Of a stretch of 64,000 nt of DNA, positions 53,030 through 64,000 are shown piece by piece. The notes under the pieces are model-generated. The model searched no databases. It was not told where the DNA came from and was given only the letters and a program-made list of their open reading frames with translations. The stretch is from Antedon mediterranea (Eukaryota > Animalia > Echinodermata). Position numbers and translations under genes: made by a program. The stretch lies in assembly GCF_964355755.1 (NCBI RefSeq), contig NC_092670.1, forward strand, positions 19,144,795 through 19,208,794. Reading direction: 5' to 3'. Within the stretch, counting starts at the first letter, position 1. Every line of letters starts with the position of its first letter.

Positions 53030-55514
53030 ATGGCTGCTTCTAGTAAAAGGAACACGTTTGATTTCGGCTCACGATATGAAACAAATGAATCACCTAAAGA
53101 CGGACATAATACTAAGAAACAGAAGCCATGCAGAGCATGTACAGATTTTAAATCATTTGCTAAATCTCGAGGCATGGCTTTTTCAACAGCGCCTGGAAGT
53201 AAAGACGTAAGTTGGTTGAAAAGGCTAGGCATAGCTAGGCCTCCTCTCTAGGCATAAAATTAAAACTTAATTTTAGACAGACCGCCCCAACCACCACCAG
53301 CACCGCGCAGGAGAGAGGCTGCCTAGCCAAACCTGGAATCTAGGCCTAGAATTTTGTTTTTATTATCGGGTTAATCAGGGTTAATATAGGCCTAGGCCTA
53401 ATTAATTGTTTTATATAGCATTTACCATTTTTAGGGATTTGTAGGAGATAAGGTTTAGCCTTAGTTTTAGGTTAAGATTTTATTTAAATTATTTTAAGAT
53501 ATTTTTTAACAAATAATTCTGTGTCCATTAATTAATATTATTATGCATTATTCCTTTTCCACATATACAGTAGTGTAGTGTACAGTACTGTAGTGTAGTG
53601 TAGTGTACAGTACGGTAGTGTAGTGTAGTGTACTGTAGTGTAGTGTAGTGTAGAGTACTGTAGTGTACTGTAGTGTAGTGTAGTGTACAGTAGTGTAGTG
53701 TACAGTAGTGTAGTGTACAGTACTGTAGTGTAGTGTACAGTACTGTAGTGTAGTGTACAGTACTGTAGTGTAGTGTACAGTACTGTAGTGTAGTGTACTG
53801 TAGTGTAGTGTACAGTACTGTAGTGTAGTGTACAGTACTGTAGTGTAGTATAGTGTACAGTAGTGTACAGTACAGTACTGTAGTGTAGTGTACAGTACTG
53901 TAGTGTAGTGTACAGTACTGTAGTGTAGTGTAGTGTACTGTAGTGTAGTGTACAGTACTGTAGTGTAGTGTAGTGTACAGTACTGTAGTGTAGTGTACTG
54001 TAGTGTAGTGTACAGTACTGTAGTGTAGTGTACTGTAGTGTAGTGTAGTGTACAGTACTGTAGTGTAGTGTACAGTACTGTAGTGTAGTGTACTGTAGTG
54101 TAGTGTAGTGTACAGTACTGTAGTGTAGTGTACAGTACTGTAGTGTAGTGTACAGTACTGTAGTGTAGTGTACAGTACTGTAGTGTAGTGTACAGTACTG
54201 TAGTGTAGTGTACAGTACTGTAGTGTACAGTACTGTAGTGTAGTGTACAGTACTGTAGTGTAGTGTACAGTACTGTAGTGTAGTGTACAGTACTGTAGTG
54301 TAGTGTAGTGTACAGTACTGTAGTGTAGTGTAGTGTACAGTACTGTAGTGTAGTGTACAGTACTGTAGTGTAGTGTACAGTACTGTAGTGTACAGTACTG
54401 TAGTGTAGTGTACAGTACTGTAGTGTAGTGTACAGTACTGTAGTGTACAGTACTATAGTGTAGTGTACAGTAGTGTAGTGTAGTGCAGTGTACAGTACTG
54501 TAGTGTAGTGTAGTGTAGTACAGTAGTGTACAGTACACCATATTAATAATAATTTAATATACAGGATTTATTAAGATACTGCATTTCAAGGCAATAAAAT
54601 ATTTTACAAATTATAAACTATAGACATGGAAGCAAATAGGCACTAGCCTGAAAAAAAGTGTAAGTGTAATAATAATTAGGTTTATAGGTATTTAATTCCT
54701 TGAAAATACAGTTACTAATATATAACTATCTATTTTTTAATTCAGACACTCACGGAAAACACCCCAGCAGAAGACCCAGAGTGTCCATTAGACCGATCAG
54801 AACTTGGGTCAAACACCTGGTCATTTTTACACACAATGGCTGCATACTATCCTGAAAAGCCCACTACGACGGAACAAGGAGAAATGAAGCAGTTTATTCA
54901 CCTATTTTCAAAGTTTTTCCCCTGTCATGAGTGCGCTGAAGATTTGAGAGAAAAGTATGCAAAAATGAAATCATTGCAATAATTTGTTTCAATTTCTTAA
55001 ATTTATAATAAAGTTATTTATTGGTTATATATATTTTTAAGGCTTCCAATACAGCCTTATCTGAAGAAGTTCTGGTGGTGGAACCAGTCTTCTCGGATAA
55101 GGACTATAAATCGAAGGTCCAGTGTACACAGTTATAACCTGTGTGCACTTTAAGAACCCAGTTCATTGATCGACGAGTAGGGGGTTACCCCGATGAACTA
55201 GTTCACAAAATAGCCCCTGTATCAGGGGGGATTACCACCTATCTAATAGGACAGTGATTCATTTACTATTGGTAATCCTTGGCCACATTATAGTGCCTAA
55301 AGACATAAAAAAAATAAAGAATTCAAATTAATTTTGTTTTATTTGTTATAGCCTAAAAAACAATGAACCAGATACCACCAATCAACACAGACTATCACAA
55401 TGGTTTTGTAGGTTACACAATGATGTGAACAGACGTATAGGAAAACCAAAGTTTGACTGTTCTAAAGTCAATGAGCGGTGGCTGGATGGTTGGAAGGACG
55501 GATCTTGTGATTGA
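53030..55514 (+). CDS. GFER: FAD-linked sulfhydryl oxidase ALR/Erv1, 182 aa
   Basis: Exons 53030-53206, 54746-54954, 55352-55514. Shuttle motif [32 protein letters not shown], redox CxxC (PCHECAED), [31 protein letters not shown]. Confidence 0.96.
53568..54537. repeat. ~970-bp satellite of 5-bp subunits (TAGTG, TACAG, TACTG; main 20-mer tagtgtagtgtacagtactg) in GFER intron 1
   Basis: Directly visible; gives rise to the spurious 337-aa [11 protein letters not shown]. Confidence 0.97.
55069..55195 (+). mobile_element. 5'-truncated second copy of the Deu/Nin-type SINE
   Basis: gttctggtggtggaaccagtcttctcggataaggactataaatcgaaggtccagtgtacaca...gagtagggggttaccccg matches the reverse complement of 3750-3880. 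Confidence 0.8.
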
Positions 55515-55569
55515 AAATTAGTAGTATTGTAGGAGAGAATTTATCTTAGAACAATTAATTTATATTACA

Positions 55570-55830
55570 GGCATTAGTATTGCTAAAGAAATCAATCAAT
55601 TCATTTTATGCAAAGAATTTGCTGTTGGAGTTAATATACTGTAATAACAGCTGATCAAAATCCCAGGCACTAGTATTGCTACAAAAATCAAGCAATGCAT
55701 TTTATACAAAGAATTGGCCTTTGGAGTTAATAAATTAACAGCTGAACAAAATTATAGGATTGCTACAGAAATCAAGCAGTGCATTTTATGCAAAGAATTT
55801 GCCTTTGGAGTTAATATATTAACAGCTGAA
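55570..55830. repeat. ~90-96-bp tandem repeat x3 downstream of the GFER stop (3' UTR)
   Basis: Repeated attgcta(a/c)a(g/a)aaatcaa...cattttat(g/a)caaagaatt...ttggagttaata...taacagctga. Confidence 0.85.
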
Positions 55831-56402
55831 AGAAATTGTGGCCATATGGGTGTCAACTTACTCATTTGCCACATAGGAAATGGCTAAGCGTCAAAGCGGA
55901 CAGGAGACAGAGGCGGTGGATTAGATGTAAGATGTCCACTCTGGGTGTCTATGTAACTATGACTGTAATCTTAGCAAATAGTAGATTATAGGATATATTC
56001 AGATGAGGTTCTTGTAATAGACTTTTATTATTTTAACAATTGTTTAATTATATAAAATTTGTATATAAGATTAATTTATAGATTAATGTTGGTCATTTGT
56101 ATTTTTTTTTACTTCAACTTTACCACTTTCATATAAATACCTAATATGGTATTTGGGATTTTTATGGCATCTATATTGATGATAATAAATATATTGTGAA
56201 AAACATATATTGTATTGTGAATTTCTGCAATTTTATTGTAGAAAAGACATGAAGTCAGACTTTGAAACATAATTAAATTAAAATTTTTTTTTAAATAACC
56301 TACTAAATGACATGTATAGTAATTACAGTATCAACATGCTACTTGATATTTTATCTAGACAACTTTTGTTTGTTATGAAATGTCTGAACAAGTATCCGTA
56401 GG

Positions 56403-59400
56403 TTAATCTGGTAACATCTTCAGGTTGATCAAATGACGCATAGTTGGTCGGCCATGAGGACAGTTCTGAAATCATAAAACAAAACTTTCATAACTGCTAT
56501 TGAAATTAGCTGATTGTTTCTTTATGATTAATATGGATAATAATTGGATGATATGCCATTGTTCTTGTTCACCTGCTGGATATGCAAATAAGTTGGACAT
56601 TGCTTAGGCTGTTCTAGTATAGTAGACCAGTGTGTGTTGCTGTGAAAGCAGCAGTGGCTGGGTATTAAACTCCTCCTGTATGGCTATGTTTCTCTCAGGT
56701 AAGATTGTAGTCTTTTACTTGGTTTTAATATTAGTTAATATACTTCTAGTGTTATATTGGCTGTAAATTTATAGGATAGGCTGTAAATCAGGCTGTTTAG
56801 TCAATGTAGGCTGTGAAGTTATTTTACAGTAAGCTTACCCATGGCTGGTCAATTTCTCCCATGTGGTGCAAAAGCTGTAAATGAAGCAAAGTTTTAAATA
56901 TAGCTATTTCAATGGAGTTATCAGAGGCTAATAACCAAGGTTTTTCTTTCACAGATATTTGGTAGGGTCATCTCTCCCTGTTAATTTTTACAACACAACA
57001 TTGAATTATGTAGGCCTACAATTAGTACAGTACAAGTTTTTATTTACCTTCTTCATATCCGATTGGTTCAGTGACGTTCCTATCATTACCGACCTTCGAC
57101 ATGCTCTTGAAGCAAACATCTGTCGAACACGTGAGGGACGACACATTACTCCCTTAAGATTAGAGACCATTATTGATTACATTTAACAACATATAGAGTT
57201 ATAGGATTAAGAGTAATCTGCCTACAGTAGAGTGAATTACTATTTTAATTGCCACCTATTGGTGTTTTTCCTATATAGGTACCAATTAACATAACTCCAT
57301 GTTGTAATATATTTCCCCTCACTTGTTTGATAATAATATAAGAAAGTGTCCCCTTAATTAGAGTAGGAATGTTCCAAAGGAAGTTAGATATTAATTTGTG
57401 TTTTTACCGGTGCATCCATTAACATAAAAATCAATTCATTGATATCTTCAGTACCAAATGTCCAATTCTTGCTGATTGGTAGTGACACCAGTTTGACTTT
57501 CTGTGTTGGTAATGCTATATTATTAAATTTAATAAAAATTAAAAAGTAATTAAACATGTCATATAATATTGACAATCAGTTGAGATTGAAATTAATAAAT
57601 ATATTCACTCACCATCTTCATTTATTTCAAATTCAAACCCATTCTTTTGAAAAATGTGAACATTGTCAATCAGTATACTCTCATCTACAGCTGTTAATTC
57701 AAGACTCTTGGGCCTGTATTAAAAACAATAAATATTTGAATTTTATATTTGTGCATATTTTTAGTTGAATCCCTAATATGGAATACCTCTAACGAAAGAT
57801 ATATATATATATATGTTTAAATACAGTGGAAAACCACTGTTAAGGGAATAGTTTGGGATCCGAAGGTGTCACATTAATAGGGGTGTTAATGTATGAAGTT
57901 TCCTTACTGAATGAGCTTTTGGTTTTGAAGTGTGGTCGTTCGTTGGAAAGTCTCGAAGTTGTACTTTTCATCTGTCGCATGCTGAAAAACAATTATCAAT
58001 ATTTTTATATTCATACAATATTCTATTATTTAACAGTGCCATTTTCCGTAAAAAGTGTAAATTTAGCATAACTTGTTTCCTAGTAGATAAAGTTACCAAA
58101 AATCTGTTTCAAACTCACCTGGTCAATAATAAAAAGATCGCTCTTCAGTTTAGCGATAATGAACCCCAGATTAAACTGACCAAGAATATCCATCTTGCTA
58201 AACATGTCTTTACTGTATGCAATAATAAAATGCAAGATTAGACAGTTGGTCTTAACTGCAGTAACTCAACATATTTCCATCAATTGTGCTGCAGTACTAC
58301 GGTAATAATATATATTCATGACATGGTTATGTTACCTAATGTTACGAACAAGTTCACTTTCCGCATTGCTGTTGTCGGCAGGTGTGATTGAAGCATAGAA
58401 TGATCCAACATTGCCATCGCTTTTCATATTAACATCTAAAAAGATAGACAGTGACATGAATTGTCATAAGAACATAGATAACAACAGACGAATTGCGCTT
58501 ATGATTTTGATTTATTTTGACCTACAGTACCAGAAATTATTTAATCTTAATGGTCAATAAAATAGGTAAACAATATCAATATAATTGTACCTGATTGGTT
58601 CCGACAGCTTTTAAGACTCTTTAAACTAAATGGAATGGTGACTTGTTTTTTCACAACTGTAGAAGCAGTATCAACCTTTGTTTTTAAAAATAAGAATATA
58701 TTAAGAAAATAATACTGTATGTTAGATTTAAAAACTAAAATCATAAATACAAAATTAGTAAAATACTAACATTTGAATTATATTTTTTAACTTCTCTGTT
58801 TTTTAATTTATTTTCGATACTTGTACCATCTTGATGATTCCTATGTGATTCCCTCTTTCGTCCTTCAACATCACCAGTATCATTATTAAGATTAGCAGCC
58901 AATACTGGTGACTCACATATACTATGAACTCTAGAACTCTCTTTTTTCAGTTCTTTAATATAGTTCAAGTTCTCCACTTTGATTGTGATTGGTTGTCTTG
59001 AGTTCTCCACTTTGATTGTGATTGGTTGCCTTGTAGCTGGAGATGACATCTGGTCATTATCATGACCATTGTCAGTGTTTGCTTCAGTGACCGGTTGAGA
59101 CTTTGAGTGGCAAAGAGCAGTGCTTTTTTTTACAGTCTCTGTTAATAGATCCTCGTTGGAGTCTGTCTCAGTTGGTGATAGCAGTTTTGTAAAGAAAGAA
59201 TCAAGTCTGGGACCTAAAGAGAAAATGTGGCAAGCATTATATTTAAACTGTCTGTCCAAACGATCATATCATGACCTGTTGCCGAAACCTGCTGAGATAG
59301 ATTAATGGAGAGAAAGTTTGCATCTGTGTTCCCCAATGATAATTGCCTAAATATAGATAACATATTAAAAACTTACATTTAGAGCGTTTTTCTAATGAAC

Positions 59401-62400
59401 CATTATCTTTCGCAGCATCTGGATGAGAAAATGACCTTCAATAAAAAGATTTTTTCATAAAGTAAGCTTACACATGAACACATTGAATCTAATTTTACGA
59501 CCATTAAATACTGTACCTTTTTAAATTTGATAATGTAGCTTTGGCAAAGTTTGAAACTGGCTGAACATTTCCAGATAAACTGCTTTGTGAAAAACCTGCA
59601 AACAAATTGAAAAAATGTGTAATCGTAATGCAAAATTTTAGAAGAAAAGACAGTTATAACATAACTTACTAGTTTTCAACATAGGTTGTTTAAGTTGGTA
59701 GGTTCCGGACAGCGACTCAAATAATTTGATTAGGGATGTCTGTAAAAAGAAATCAAAATTTAAATGATAGTATGGACACCAATGAAAGGAAAATAATGGG
59801 ACGACTACATTAAAAAATATTGAAGAAACGGCAACTGGTATCAAAGAATACCATAGTTTGGTCTAGGAATCACCTTTAACAGTGACGTAACACACTGATT
59901 TAGCACTCTAGGAGCCCTTCAATGCTAGTGGTCAGTTGCATTGGGGCTGCTCAGTTGCATTGGGGCTGCTCAGTTGCATTGGGGCTGCTCAGTTGCATTG
60001 GGGCTGCTCAGTTGCATTGGGGCTGCTCAGTTGCATTGGGGCTGCTCAGTTGCATTGGGGCTGCTCAGTTGCATTGGGGCTGCTCAGTTGCATTGGGGCT
60101 GCTCAGTTGCATTGGGGCTGCTCAGTTGCATTGGGGCTGCTCAGTTGCATTGGGGCTGCTCAGTTGCATTGGGGCTGCTCAGTTGCATTGGGGCTGCTCA
60201 GTTGCATTGGGGCTGCTCAGTTGCATTGGGGCTGCTCAGTTGCATTGGGGCTGCTCAGTTGCATTGGGGCTGCTCAGTTGCATTGGGGCTGCTCAGTTGC
60301 ATTGGGGCTGCTCAGTTGCATTGGGGCTGCTCAGTTGCATTGGGGCTGCTCAGTTGCATTGGGGCTGCTCAGTTGCATTGGGGCTGCTCAGTTGCATTGG
60401 GGCTGCTCAGTTGCATTGGGGCTGCTCAGTTGCATTGGGGCTGCTCAGTTGCATTGGGGCTGCTCAGTTGCATTGGGGCTGCTCAGTTGCATTGGGGCTG
60501 CTCAGTTGCATTGGGGCTGCTCAGTTGCATTGGGGCTGCTCAGTTGCATTGGGGCTGCTCAGTTGCATTGGGGCTGCTCAGTTGCATTGGGGCTGCTCAG
60601 TTGCATTGGGGCTGCTCAGTTGCATTGGGGCTGCTCATGCTCAGGAGCCACTGGGTTTAGCTCATAGTCGTTATGCCACTGATCTACAAAGTGTAAGGAT
60701 ACCTTAATGACTGCAAGCAGAGTCTTTTCTTCTTGTACAAGAATTTTCCTCTTATCAGGTGTTAAATTGACATCCACATAATCTGAAATATAAATACAGT
60801 ATTATTTGAATTAATGATGAACAAGGCTATACAGATGGCTGCGGTCGCGTGCTCATTAGTGTTTACCGACCGACCGACCAACCTACCAACTGACCGAAAT
60901 TACTGAACATGTTTAAAAATGTTGAAATGTTTAAAAACATTTATATTTTTTTAATTTACACGTGCGTAGCCTGTCACTTTTGACGTGCTCGTATAACGTA
61001 ATTTCGAGTTGAAAAGTAAGTCAAGAAAACAGAAATCGGGCAAAAAGAGTGCGCAATAACATAAATCTGCGCACTCATGGCAATTTTGTAAACGTTTAAA
61101 ATTGCCTGAAACGTACTCTTATTTCATCGCAAATAAATTTTGAAAATTGTAAGCGCGCGTACGTATGCGTTACATGCGCTACGCACGTGTATTGCCATAT
61201 GATGATTTATGCCCTGAAATTTATGAGTACCAAATTTTATTTAATTGTGATTCATGGTTGTGAAGATATGATTACAAACGTGATTTTGTTAAATCATGTG
61301 TAGACCGTGTAATTTTTTATTGCGCACCGTGAAAACATAACCACATCGATTCCTGGCCATAAGGAATATACTGTGAAAAATTGACTTAGCTAGATTAAAC
61401 TGATATCAAGATAAGGTCAGAAAGCGATAAAACGCATAGTTATACCAGACCGACCGACCGACATAGTGAACTATAGAGTCGCGTCCACGCGACTAAAAAC
61501 TAATTGATTACATAACAATAACATGATCATGTGCGCTACTTTGAGGTAACAGCATTAAAATAATTCTCGTGTGGCAGTACAACCTGCAGACAACTAGTTG
61601 ATAGCTTAAGAACAGGCTTGCACCGATGGCCAAGGTTAGATTCACAGCCATAGAAGCAGCAACATGTGAACCATCATGATTGACATAATCACCTTTATTT
61701 AATGTTATATTAAATACTACCATTGGATACTGGTGTCTGTTGTACATGTGGTAAACCTCATTTACAATTTTTGAAACCTGAAAGATAAATACAAGAGTTA
61801 CTGTCTGTATGTAAAGGAGCAGTTGTAGCAGCAATCATGTTTCGCATAAAATATTCTATTGATAAATCTGACCTTTGGAAAGTCACATGGTCTACTATTA
61901 ATAAAGTAGTACTGTCGGTCAGTGCTGCTTCTTCCTGACCCATGCTCACAACTTGATATATAGCCAGAGATACTGGAAATAATAAAAACCAGAAAGTTTC
62001 AATTTTGTTTCAATTCAACAAATTAAAACTACATTATTTAAGCTATAAATTCAAGGAATTCATACCAACCTAAACACACTCCTAACTTGTGGATCTAACT
62101 TGACGCCGAATTCTTCACAGCAATCTACCGATGGCTCACTTTGTTTAAGGTCTAACAGATTCGCCAAAGACTTTGGTCCATAAATGTTGCCAATGTTGTC
62201 ACGTATACAACTATTTTGATATGTTTGTGCTACAATATTTTTTTTCCTAAAATAGAATAATATATAAATTATGAGTATGCTGTTAATTGAGATGCACAGT
62301 GAGCAGGTAGTATCAAAATAGTTACCCTGTTCCAACTTGGTTTGTACAGGTGATACGAACACCTGTTGAAATCAGACAGTATGCTTGCAACAGATGGACC

Positions 62401-63505
62401 ATTTTACCAAAATCTTTCTTGACGTTTCTTAAAAATTCTTTATGCCGAACTGGGAAAGTTGAGAACAAATTCTGAAGAGTGACAGTTGTTCCTGGCTGCA
62501 AAAACAATAAGATTAGTATTAATTAGAAATGAAATGATACCTTATTCTCTGTCAGAACCTTTCCATACCACAATCCTACTTTACCTCATAGATTTTGTCA
62601 TTGAAAAAATATACCTCTATTGAACTCACCTGTCTAGAGATTGGACTTTGTTTTAAAAGAATTCCATCATGATTATACTCAAGTTTGGTTCCTATGGCAA
62701 CTGATGTGTGACATGTAGTAATCATTAAATTGCTATAAAAAGAGACAAATAATTAAATATGTCCAAAACAATTTCCAAATTTCAGAAAACTTTCACCATT
62801 ATACAGTACTCATTAACGTTACAGACAAAAAGCTTGAAATTGTCTTGTATACTTACGAAAGAGCACATAAAGAGCTTAGAGCCTCTCCTCGGAATCCAAA
62901 TGTACTTACACCAGCAAGATCAGAGAAGTCATTCAGTTTACTTGTGTGATGTTTCAGAGCTAAAATATATGAGAGATATTATAATAAAAATCAAGTCTTA
63001 CTATCAAATTTTATGTGACAAAAAAAGTGTGATGTGCCCAAATATGGTAGTAATATGGCATCATTGTGTCCATATATGGGTGCATCACAAAGTTTGATAT
63101 TGTGAGCCTTACTCAGTGCTTCAAAGTTTTCTTCTTTGACTCCTGATCCATTGTCGATAACTTCCAACAACTCTGAACCGTGATTCTTCAAACGCACCTC
63201 TGTCGTAAGAAACATAAAAAGGTTGTGAAATATTAAAGAATATGTATAATGGATCAACATAATGGTAATAGTATTTTCTCATTGTAACATTTCCAAGCTT
63301 ATTAACAGAATTACAATATCATACTGCACTATGAAAATGGAAAAAACAACGGTTACCAATGCTGGTGGCTCCTGCATCGAGACTATTCTCTACTAGTTCT
63401 TTGACAGCAGTAGCAAGATTTAAAACGACTTGACCTGAACAAATTTGATGAACCGATTGTCTGTCGATTGCTTTCACCTTTCCTGCCATCTCATTATTTC
63501 TGTGA
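56403..63505 (-). CDS. PMS2: Mismatch repair endonuclease PMS2 (MutL family); first exon not located
   Basis: Exons 63505-63357 ([28 protein letters not shown]), 63199-63113 (DNGSG), 62959-62857 ([12 protein letters not shown]), 62732-62630, 62495-62326 ([12 protein letters not shown]), 62246-62070, 61972-61873, 61777-61693, 60782-60703 ([10 protein letters not shown]), 59739-59670, 59595-59517, 59435-59377, 59213-58771, 58675-58591, 58435-58336, 58212-58119 ([10 protein letters not shown]), 57981-57908 ([10 protein letters not shown]), 57713-57613, 57514-57408, 57152-57048 ([11 protein letters not shown]), 56874-56839, 56465-56403 (NCPHGRPT). In-frame ATG at 63489, but the acceptor at 63506 suggests an upstream exon. 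Confidence 0.95.
59932..60637. repeat. Perfect 19-bp minisatellite (cagttgcattggggctgct) x ~37 in a PMS2 intron
   Basis: Directly visible, with no variant units seen; explains the three overlapping 19-aa-periodic ORFs. Confidence 0.98.
60820..61499. mobile_element. Non-autonomous Helentron/DINE-1-like (HINE) element
   Basis: Starts AACAAG, has (GACC)n microsatellites near both ends, and ends in a terminal hairpin agtcgcgt-cc-acgcgact (61477-61494) followed by AAAAA. Confidence 0.55.
62999..63099. mobile_element. MITE family A, degenerate copy 7 (PMS2 intron)
   Basis: ctatcaaattttatgtgacaaaaaaagtgtgatgtgcccaaatatgg...ccatatatgg...aaagtttgata. Confidence 0.75.
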
Positions 63506-64000
63506 CTGCGAATAAAATGAGAGTGTGTATATTCAGTTTGTCCCATAGAAATAAACATATATATATCAGCCATCGATTATAGTGTATGGTAACCAGAACA
63601 TTAAAAATAGAAATGGATACAATCAACACCATCATCTCTACTCATCATACCATCCATGATCATACCCACTTTCCTTAATTAAATCATAAATGGAATGTGG
63701 TACACCTCACTCCTGTCAGTGTCAGTTTATTAATTAATAACCAATAATTATCTATCTCTATAGAATAGATTGATTGTCAATCAATTATTATAATTGCTAT
63801 GTAATCTTGTTATAATGTATTTTACATTATAATACATTATTAAAGCCAATTTATCTGCAATTTCCGGAAAATAAACCTTTAGATAAACACATGTGAACCA
63901 TGAAGAATGATGAACAAAAAAATAAACAACCAGGTGAACTTTGACACAACATCCAGGTCTTATAATTCAATGGGTGAGTTCAGGTTATACAAGACATACA

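Noticed and set aside
53528-54541. 337-aa ORF ([10 protein letters not shown] repeats) on the minus strand
   Set aside because: Translation of a simple satellite inside GFER intron 1; no evidence of coding function.
59276-59346. Possible extra PMS2 linker exon
   Set aside because: Flanking exons 59435-59377 and 59213-58771 already join in phase 1; this segment has no frame-compatible boundaries that I could establish.
59922-60707. Three overlapping 239-261-aa ORFs with a 19-aa period
   Set aside because: Artefact of a stop-free 19-bp minisatellite in a PMS2 intron.

Overview
This is AT-rich, intron-rich animal genomic DNA. An invertebrate, possibly echinoderm-like deuterostome source is inferred from a Deu/Nin-type SINE and frequent TAGGCCTA motifs, but is not proven. 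Four genes can be traced exon by exon: a ~45-kb striated-type muscle myosin II heavy chain gene (+, ATG 2904 to stops at 43824/46976/47847), CHMP6/VPS20 (-, 50140-52476), GFER/ALR (+, 53030-55514, head-to-head with CHMP6) and PMS2 (-, 56403-63505, first exon not located). The myosin locus appears to generate many isoforms from one gene. It has two pairs of mutually exclusive exons (loop-1/switch-I and loop-2), a 9-nt loop-2 microexon and at least three alternative C-terminal tails. Most notably, the 6.3-kb intron before the [10 protein letters not shown] rod exon holds one clear and one probable internal first exon, each with promoter motifs; these would yield headless, paramyosin-sized myosin-rod proteins (catchin/MRP-like). 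Introns also contain several non-autonomous DNA transposon families, two SINE copies and two large minisatellites. All exon calls rest on reading frame, GT/AG signals and recognisable protein motifs; no expression data or database searches were available.
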